This document shows positions 56,625 through 64,000 of a stretch of 64,000 bases of DNA, piece after piece. Within the stretch, counting starts at the first letter, position 1. Every line of letters starts with the position of its first letter. The DNA lies in sequence record MF547662.1; one strand, 5' to 3'. The notes beneath the pieces were generated by a model, which worked only from the letters and a program-made list of their open reading frames with translations, was not told where the DNA came from and did no database searches. The stretch comes from Clostridioides phage LIBA6276. A program made the translations under genes and the position numbers.

Positions 56625-57227
56625 TCATTGACTTATTAATACTTTTAACTGAGAAAATTTTGGATTATACCCCTTCTGCCATACAAAATGAGCATATTCT
56701 ATGCTATCTGTCTTTTTATCATCTGTAAAACTCATTCTTTTGTTGTGAACAAATATGTATTTAGGCATATTATTTCCCCACAGTCTTTGTCTTACTTTTT
56801 CTCCAAGATAATTTAATCTTAGCAACATAATAACGAAACCACCTTCTCTTACATCATTTAAAGCTTTATTAATTATATCCAAGCTTAAATTAAAGGGAGG
56901 ATTAGTAATAATTACATCGTATTTTTCTTTGGGCTGAAACTTTAAATAATCTTGCTTTACATTTGCCCTTGAATCATCTCTTATATCTACTGTATCTATT
57001 GAAATATCTTGATTTAAAAATTCTTGAATTGCAGTTGGATAACTCATTAGATTTGTATTATCTCCACCTGCACATGGGTCTAATATTTTTATATTTGAAT
57101 TGAGTATATTTTCATATCTACTGAACTCAGTTAAAAACTCTTTGATTTTAGTAATTGGAGTTCTATAATAATCACTTACATGAAAATCTCTAGCATTACT
57201 TCTATTTGTACTACTTATAAATATCAC
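56625..57227 (-). CDS. N6-adenine DNA methyltransferase, orphan
   Basis: motif I ILDPCAGGD and motif IV VIITNPPFN. Confidence 0.7.
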   Translation of the reverse strand: MIFISSTNRSNARDFHVSDYYRTPITKIKEFLTEFSRYENILNSNIKILDPCAGGDNTNLMSYPTAIQEFLNQDISIDTVDIRDDSRANVKQDYLKFQPKEKYDVIITNPPFNLSLDIINKALNDVREGGFVIMLLRLNYLGEKVRQRLWGNNMPKYIFVHNKRMSFTDDKKTDSIEYAHFVWQKGYNPKFSQLKVLISQ

Positions 57228-57316
57228 CTCTACTTATTTACCACTTTATCTATTGTTTTGTTTACTAATATTTCATTTATAGTAGCAACAACAAATATAA
57301 GTATATCCTCAATATT

Positions 57317-57643
57317 TTAATCTTGTTTTCCAAAATATTCTTCTAGTGCCTTTATAAATAAATGCTCTTTATTTTTAGCATTTTTTATTATGTTTTTAAT
57401 ATCTTCTACAGTACAAACATATTCGTCGCCCCACGAATCCCATCCATTTTGATATGTATGGATTAAAATATATCCATATTCTTTTAACTTCTCATCTATC
57501 TCTACTAAATTATATTGAGCATCATATAGTCTATATTGGTCGAATTGATTTACATCTTTACTGTGATTCATTGATATAGCACATATAATGTTATAATTTT
57601 TTATCTCAAATTTTTCGTTTTCTAATACATTTACTTTTCTCAT
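57317..57643 (-). CDS. hypothetical protein
   Basis: ORF. Confidence 0.3.
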   Translation of the reverse strand: MRKVNVLENEKFEIKNYNIICAISMNHSKDVNQFDQYRLYDAQYNLVEIDEKLKEYGYILIHTYQNGWDSWGDEYVCTVEDIKNIIKNAKNKEHLFIKALEEYFGKQD

Positions 57644-58000
57644 ATATGTATCTCCTTAAAATAATACTTTTAATCTAAGTCATTATTCAATAATAATAAT
57701 GCTATAAGACAAAATCCATTAAGTAGTATCCCATTAGTATTATCTTGCAAGTAATTAGCTACCATACAACCTAAATTAAAAATTGCAGCAATATTTAAAA
57801 TCAAATTAATACTCCTTTCTTTTATTCTTTTTTGTCAATATATATACTACTTGATGGTATAAGAATCCAGATTAGCAACCATGCTAAGGTATTGATTGGA
57901 TATGTTGTATCTAAGAATTGAAATTGTGGGAAGTTTAAAATATCTACTACCCAAATTATTATAAGAATTGTTTTTAAGACTTTAAACATTTAACTCTCCT

Positions 58001-58285
58001 TTATTTATTAGATGAATTTTCTTCTATTACTACATGAGCATTACATATAATCACCCTTTTACCATCAAAATCTAGTGTTATAGTACCACCATCTCCATCT
58101 TTAACTCTCATGCTTTTACTTGTATATGTTTTTAATACCTCGCCATTATCTGAATATACATTTACAGTTCTATTAAGCCCTGATACATCACTTTCAGCAT
58201 CTTTCATTGAGCTTTGTATCCCTGTACATCCAGACATTCCTATTAACATTGTTCCTAATACCCCTATTAATAAAAATCTTTTCAA
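58001..58285 (-). CDS. lipoprotein
   Basis: MKRFLLIGVLGTMLIGMSGC lipobox signal. Confidence 0.45.
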   Translation of the reverse strand: MKRFLLIGVLGTMLIGMSGCTGIQSSMKDAESDVSGLNRTVNVYSDNGEVLKTYTSKSMRVKDGDGGTITLDFDGKRVIICNAHVVIEENSSNK

Positions 58286-58384
58286 TATAATTTCACTCCT
58301 TTATTTTTAATTGAATTGTAAATAAGAATATATATTTAGAATTTTTGAATTGGTTAAATGAATTTCTTAGAATTGAAATTTTGA

Positions 58385-58780
58385 TTAATCATTTACAACA
58401 TTATATTTATCATCTTCTCTCCATCCAAAATTATATGGTTTTATAATATTACATATTATATCTTTGCATAAACACATATAGTCTTCAATACTATCTTCAG
58501 AGTCACTATCTTGTATATTTATTAATGTATCACAGCCACTACAGCTTCCATAACCAACATATGTCATAAGATATTCATATTCATTAGGTTGGTATGTTTT
58601 TTTAGGTATTAAATATAATAAAGTACCTTGATAATGTCCATTATCTATTTCACTTATATTGTCGACATCCCACTCATCATCTTCATTTATATTGTCATTC
58701 AAAATATGTTTTACAGATAATTTAACCAAATCTTCATAGCTACAGTAACTATCACGATTAATGAAATCAGACTCTAACAA
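58385..58780 (-). CDS. hypothetical protein
   Basis: ORF. Confidence 0.3.
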   Translation of the reverse strand: MLESDFINRDSYCSYEDLVKLSVKHILNDNINEDDEWDVDNISEIDNGHYQGTLLYLIPKKTYQPNEYEYLMTYVGYGSCSGCDTLINIQDSDSEDSIEDYMCLCKDIICNIIKPYNFGWREDDKYNVVND

Positions 58781-58849
58781 TGCTTCATGTAATCTTGTTT
58801 TATTTTTTTATCCACTTTTCTTTACAATATTTTATCATTTAGCTCTCCT

Positions 58850-59200
58850 TTAAATATTATTTAGATTTTCTATTTGAATTGTTCCAGTAGCACAATCTAT
58901 ATGTTGCCCAAGAATAGATGTTAAGCAACAATCTATATCATCTACTACTATTTTTATATGAGGGTCTATTTTTAAAGATATTCCATTTATGGCTTTTGTA
59001 TCATATATTTTACTTCCATTAAACATGTATTCTTTAAAGGTTCTTGGGTTTATTATATCTAAATTCATTGTTTTTGCTAAACTAATTATGTAATTTTTAT
59101 TAGCAATAGAATGACATAATATAAGTGCATTATTTTCATAAGCATACTTTATTAATGCAGTAGTTTTCCCACTACTTCTGTTTCCATTTATTAATTTCAT
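58850..59200 (-). CDS. small P-loop protein
   Basis: GNRSSGKTT Walker A-like motif. Confidence 0.35.
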   Translation of the reverse strand: MKLINGNRSSGKTTALIKYAYENNALILCHSIANKNYIISLAKTMNLDIINPRTFKEYMFNGSKIYDTKAINGISLKIDPHIKIVVDDIDCCLTSILGQHIDCATGTIQIENLNNI

Positions 59201-59225
59201 AATTATTTTTCTCCTATTAAAATAT

Positions 59226-59408
59226 TTATTTTAATTCTATTACTACCTTGTCACCTTCATCATTAGTTACAGTTAATTCATATCTTAATTTTATCCAATC
59301 TTGAATGCCTCTAAGTATACCATCCTCATCAAAAAATGTTACATACTTTAAGTCGCTTGATGGATGCTCCTTATTAGTCCTCATATCATAAGCCATTGTC
59401 TTAATCAT
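59226..59408 (-). CDS. hypothetical protein
   Basis: ORF. Confidence 0.25.
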   Translation of the reverse strand: MIKTMAYDMRTNKEHPSSDLKYVTFFDEDGILRGIQDWIKLRYELTVTNDEGDKVVIELK

Positions 59409-59622
59409 TAGTACCTCCTTTAAATTTAACTTCCTCCTGATTTAACAATTCTTTTAGCAATTTATTATATAGTTCTCTACTTATATACTTAAATTCTGGT
59501 TTCCCTCCTATTTGCCTAAGACCTATACTATAACTATCTGTTTTTATATCATTAACTAACGTAACTTGTAAGTTACCATTTTTTAATATAACATTTCTTT
59601 CAAAATCCATAGCTCCCTCCAA
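59401..59622 (-). CDS. hypothetical protein
   Basis: ORF. Confidence 0.25.
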   Translation of the reverse strand: MEGAMDFERNVILKNGNLQVTLVNDIKTDSYSIGLRQIGGKPEFKYISRELYNKLLKELLNQEEVKFKGGTND

Positions 59623-59830
59623 TTAAATATTATTTTACTCTTTCATTATACTTACCTCTTAGGTAATGTAAATCTTTCCATGCCCTATCAAACTTACTAT
59701 CTCTTTTAAATATGTATTTTCCTTCTTCATTTTTTGTATATTCAAATCCTAACCAGACTAAAAAATCAGCAACATTTCTATAATTAACAATTCTTGTCTT
59801 TTCCATTTTATAATTCTTCCTCCAATTTGT

Positions 59831-60061
59831 TTATTCTGCATCATATATTTTCATATCAATTTTATTTGTCTTAGGATGTACTTTTTCAAAATCTGTATCT
59901 ATTTCAAATTTAGGTCTAAAATCACCATCTCCATCTGAGTAAATACCTACTATTTTACTAGAACCTACATCTCCTAAATTTTCCATCATTTTAAGCATAG
60001 AACAAAAATCATTAATCCATCTTTCTTCCATTTTAATTTTTATTGTTATTTCTTTTTCCAT
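59831..60061 (-). CDS. hypothetical protein
   Basis: ORF. Confidence 0.25.
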   Translation of the reverse strand: MEKEITIKIKMEERWINDFCSMLKMMENLGDVGSSKIVGIYSDGDGDFRPKFEIDTDFEKVHPKTNKIDMKIYDAE

Positions 60062-60078
60062 AATATACTCCTTCTTTT

Positions 60079-60441
60079 TTAAAAACGTTTCTTTCTATAT
60101 GATTTAATGTTTAATCCATAATATTCATCAACTGTAGTTATGCTTTTATAATCATCTCTATTTTTTACTTCATTTAATAATTCAATTATAGTTGACATAT
60201 CCTTATATGTTAATTTAGAGTTTATATTCCAATCATGAAATAAGTTATTTATAGATTCAATATGCATGTTTCGTATATCTATTGTATCTCTTCTTTTATT
60301 TTCTTCAATTATCTCAATTATTTTAGCAGTACATTTTTCGCATACTGGAGTAGAAACAAATAACTTATCATATACATCACATTTATTACTATTTGTTTTA
60401 CAAAATGCACATTCTTCCCATTCTTCACTATAATGTCCCAT
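60079..60441 (-). CDS. zinc-finger-like hypothetical protein
   Basis: CAFC...CDV...CEKC cysteine pairs. Confidence 0.3.
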   Translation of the reverse strand: MGHYSEEWEECAFCKTNSNKCDVYDKLFVSTPVCEKCTAKIIEIIEENKRRDTIDIRNMHIESINNLFHDWNINSKLTYKDMSTIIELLNEVKNRDDYKSITTVDEYYGLNIKSYRKKRF

Positions 60442-61177
60442 TTAATCATCTCCTTAATTATTTTTTATATTCCCATTCATCAAATTCTTCTTTATCTTCA
60501 TAAGCACACATTTCTGACCAACCACAATCACAATGTAGTGGTTCATAGCAAAATCCTACGCCTACATCTATACCATCTGCATAAGCAATCCCTCCACATC
60601 TAAAACTCATACACATCACTCCTTCTTAATTTTATTTAAATCTTTGAATCTTAATATCTTGTCTTAGATGTTCTACCATATTGACTATTTCTTTTTCTGA
60701 ATATTCCTTTCCATATATTGTATCCATATAAAATTGAAATTGCTCTTTGTCATAATGAACAAATCCTATCATATACATTATTAAACCTATCTGACTATCA
60801 TCTAATCTCATAATTACTCCTATATAACAAAATCTTAATTCTAATCATTTATATAATTAAATTATATTTTAATATTTTTTGTCATATACAATTCCCACCT
60901 CCACCATATATTTCTTTTATTTCACTTATTTTCACTCAATATATATACTCTTTCATATTGTCCTCATTTCTTTATTATTGTAATATCATTTAAATCGATT
61001 TTACATGTATTTAAACTCTTCATATAAGAAACTATAGGTTCTACTATATTCTCAATGTCTTCATATTAGACTCTAACTATATCGCAATTATCATTTTCTT
61101 CATTATCTATAAATTCAACATAAATTAATTAGGCATATCTTTTTTTATCCTTTTGATTTTATTTAAATAACAAGATT

Positions 61178-62431
61178 CTAATTGCTTTTAAAATTATAAA
61201 TTGGCTTTAACACCTCCATTATCTCAATAGTATCTCCTATATTGTTTAAGATGTCCTCTATAGGTTTGTATGCTTGTGGTGCTTCATCTAGTGTTGATTG
61301 ACCTACGCAAGTTGTAAATATTTCTTTCATAGATTCTTCAAATTCATCTAAAGATATTTTTTCTTTAGCTTTTCCTCTTGATAAAATTCTTCCTGCTCCA
61401 TGTGGTGCTGAATAATTCCACTCAGAATTACCTTTACCTTTTCCTAATATAATCCCATCTCTCATGTTTACTGGAATTATTACTGTTTCATCTTTATTTG
61501 CAGAAATTGCTCCTTTTCTAAGTATTTTACTATCCATATCTATATAGTTATGAATACATTCTATAACATCACATTTAATATCTCTTATAAAATGGTCATA
61601 ATTTACATCTAGGCTGTTATATTTAAACAATATATCCGCAATTATAACCATTCTATTTGCAACAGCGTATTTTTGAGCTATACTCATATCATGTAAATAA
61701 TCTTCCATTAAATCATTTTCTAAATAACATAAATCATCATGTGGCTTATTCAATTTTCTATCACTAAGGTCTTTCAAATATTTATTTATCAAATGTTCTT
61801 TATTGTCTTTTTTTAGAGTAGATATTAAAAACTCTTTTGCATCATCATATGACTTTTTATATTTTTCAATACAATATTTTATAGCTTTGTCTTGGTAATA
61901 ATCAGCTATTTGTTTTCCTAAATTTCTTGAACCTGTATGAACAGTAAGATACATTTGACCTTTTTCACTTTTATCAACTTCTATAAAGTGATTGCCTCCA
62001 CCTAAAGTTCCTAACGACATATATGCTCTATTTTTATTCACCTCGCATCTAAGATTATTTATGTCTATATTAAATAAATTCTTTAATAGTTTTTCTCTTG
62101 ACTTATTATGTATTTTAAATCCATGAGGAATATAATCTCTTATAATCTTATCTAATTTTGTATAATTTATATTATTAATATATTTTTCTAATGGAATAGT
62201 AGCCATTCCACAACCTATATCCACCCCTACCAGATTTGGCACTACTTTATTACTTATAGTCATTGTCGTTCCTATTGTACATCCTTTACCAGCATGACAA
62301 TCAGGCATAATTCTTATACTAGATTCTTTAAATTCCTTTTGATTACATAAATTTATTATTTGACTTATTGTTGTACTATCTACATTATCTGTAAATATTT
62401 TTGCTTTATTATATTTTCCTTTAATTTCCAT
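61178..62431 (-). CDS. rtcB: RtcB-family RNA 3'-phosphate ligase
   Basis: GTLGGGNHFIEVD, MRDGIILGKG, and APHGAGRILSRGKA RtcB signatures. Confidence 0.8.
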   Translation of the reverse strand: MEIKGKYNKAKIFTDNVDSTTISQIINLCNQKEFKESSIRIMPDCHAGKGCTIGTTMTISNKVVPNLVGVDIGCGMATIPLEKYINNINYTKLDKIIRDYIPHGFKIHNKSREKLLKNLFNIDINNLRCEVNKNRAYMSLGTLGGGNHFIEVDKSEKGQMYLTVHTGSRNLGKQIADYYQDKAIKYCIEKYKKSYDDAKEFLISTLKKDNKEHLINKYLKDLSDRKLNKPHDDLCYLENDLMEDYLHDMSIAQKYAVANRMVIIADILFKYNSLDVNYDHFIRDIKCDVIECIHNYIDMDSKILRKGAISANKDETVIIPVNMRDGIILGKGKGNSEWNYSAPHGAGRILSRGKAKEKISLDEFEESMKEIFTTCVGQSTLDEAPQAYKPIEDILNNIGDTIEIMEVLKPIYNFKSN

Positions 62432-62483
62432 TTATTCTCCTTCCAATCCTTTTTTAACATATCTACACTCCTTTAATAATCTT

Positions 62484-62915
62484 TTAAGATATCTCGACCC
62501 CCTTTAAAATAAATTCGGATTTATCATCGCTTAAACTAATGTACCAATTATCATATTTCTCTTTAATATGACAATTGTCATACCATAGTATTTTTCCTAT
62601 AACTTGGTTATCTACTATTGCTACATCCATTATAATTCCTACAACTTCATCTTTATAAAAATCATTTACTCTATCAGCATCTCTATAATCTGATAATTCT
62701 TGATTTGGATTATATATAACTGGTGCATTTTTAAAAGTATGTATAGATTTTTCAACCATAGCTTTAGTTATTTCTATATTATGGCCTTTGGATATATCCA
62801 TAACAATCATATTTGTGCTTACATAATTAGTATTAATATTCATCATATTCTCCTTTTTAATTTTATTTAAATAGTAAAACTCCATGAAAAGGCTTATATT
62901 CTTTTTTATATACAT
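62484..62915 (-). CDS. hypothetical protein
   Basis: ORF. Confidence 0.3.
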   Translation of the reverse strand: MYIKKNISLFMEFYYLNKIKKENMMNINTNYVSTNMIVMDISKGHNIEITKAMVEKSIHTFKNAPVIYNPNQELSDYRDADRVNDFYKDEVVGIIMDVAIVDNQVIGKILWYDNCHIKEKYDNWYISLSDDKSEFILKGVEIS

Positions 62916-63330
62916 TCATAAAAAGTAAGACTAGTTTTATTTGCTCTGTAATGAAATTTTGGATAGTTTTATTTGAAGTGTTTACATCTACTATTACACA
63001 TTCACCCCTGTACCCTCTCAACTCCTGATAATTTATATCCCTATCAAATATTAAAAATTTTATTAATCTATCTGTGTTAAGAACTTTTAACTCTATTTCT
63101 ATATTGTGTTTGATTCTATTTCTATGCTTTATTAGAGTATATTTATTTTTTATAGCTGCTCTTATTAATTCTTTGTAGACAAGTTGTTTGTTTGTAGTAA
63201 AAATTATTATTGTTTCTCCTTGTTTAATATCATCTTCATGAGTTTCGTTAGAAAAACTATTTATCAATGTATCATAAATATTTTCATTGTTGTATTTGAA
63301 TATTTCTTTATTTATTATCATATCAAACAT
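62863..63330 (-). CDS. hypothetical protein
   Basis: ORF overlapping the downstream gene by 52 nt. Confidence 0.3.
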   Translation of the reverse strand: MFDMIINKEIFKYNNENIYDTLINSFSNETHEDDIKQGETIIIFTTNKQLVYKELIRAAIKNKYTLIKHRNRIKHNIEIELKVLNTDRLIKFLIFDRDINYQELRGYRGECVIVDVNTSNKTIQNFITEQIKLVLLFMNVYKKEYKPFHGVLLFK

Positions 63331-63521
63331 GTTTTATCTAAGCTCCTTTCTTGTAAAATCTAAACTATTTATTCTTGTCAAATTTACCATCAATAGCTAT
63401 TTCTCACTTTTTCATTTCAAATTATAATACTATAAAAATAACTCCTAGTATTATAATTTCATATTAATAATATAAGTCAATTTACACTTATATTATTAAT
63501 GTGCTCATTTTTAATTAAATC

Positions 63522-63884
63522 CTATTCTTCTAAAATCATCAAATTATCTATGTAATTCTCAAAATCAATACTTTCACTACTTAATTTTTCCCCACATAAG
63601 AAACAATATTTAAATGGTATTCCTCCTGCAAATCTATCCACATTTAACTTTATATTTTGATTTGAATCTTTGACAATTAGATTGTGTTCTACTGATAAAT
63701 TTATATTCCCTTCTTTAAATTTATAAAAACTAATATCAAAATACTCTTCCTGGTCTAAAAGTTCTGTACTCTCATAAGTAGTATCTTTTCCTTTGATTCC
63801 TACAGAAGAAATTCTTACTCTTCTAGTTTCATGTTTTTTCATATCTTTTATACTGTCACAAAATTTACACATATTTACCTCCAA
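63522..63884 (-). CDS. hypothetical protein with CxxC pairs
   Basis: CKFC...CFLC. Confidence 0.3.
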   Translation of the reverse strand: MEVNMCKFCDSIKDMKKHETRRVRISSVGIKGKDTTYESTELLDQEEYFDISFYKFKEGNINLSVEHNLIVKDSNQNIKLNVDRFAGGIPFKYCFLCGEKLSSESIDFENYIDNLMILEE

Positions 63885-64000
63885 CTAATAATTATATCAC
63901 CCTTTTACTTATATTCATTTTAGCATATTCCAAAACTTTTATTATAAAACTAGCACTAAATTTTCTATTGATATTAAATCCTGTATTTTAACTTGTTATT

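Noticed and set aside
1-64000. tRNA / rRNA genes (integrases often target tRNAs)
   Set aside because: No GC-rich cloverleaf-like segments in intergenic regions; 28868-29317 was checked by eye and is AT-rich with only a palindrome and short direct repeats

Overview
This 64 kb window is AT-rich (roughly 27% GC) temperate-phage or prophage DNA from a low-GC Firmicute. The best fit is a Clostridioides difficile-type siphovirus. A CWB2 cell-wall-binding protein points to that host, and the 270-aa Amidase_3 endolysin resembles CD27L as I recall it; that comparison is from memory, not an alignment. Two groups of small hydrophobic toxin ORFs with convergent antisense RNAs resemble the phage-borne type I toxin-antitoxin loci of C. 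difficile. Layout: 1-22.5 kb (+ strand) holds the tail morphogenesis and lysis module: tape measure, Dit-like and Tal-like proteins, fibres including a 1627-aa RCC1 beta-propeller protein, a glycine-rich fibre, amidase endolysin, glucosaminidase, holin, and a XerD-like tyrosine recombinase. A 1.86 kb accessory island lies between the tape-measure and Dit-like genes and carries three unannotated candidate type I TA modules, all below the 60-aa ORF cutoff. 22.5-29.3 kb is a lysogeny and accessory region: an XRE repressor with palindromic operators, a BlaI-like regulator, a CWB2 cell-wall protein, a fourth TA module, a 614-aa orphan protein and a phage integrase. 29.3-31.5 kb holds a 280-aa ORF plus an ISL3-family transposase. 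31.8-64 kb (- strand) is a large replication and nucleotide-metabolism module: dUTPase, RuvC-like resolvase, guanylate kinase, two orphan DNA methyltransferases, a metallophosphoesterase, a class II B12 ribonucleotide reductase, a DGQHR/DndB-like protein, DnaE-type polymerase, DHH/RecJ-like nuclease, primase, DnaB helicase, ERF annealase, an SSB-like protein, a 3D-domain protein and an RtcB RNA ligase, plus many small hypotheticals. I found no rRNA or tRNA genes and no CRISPR array.
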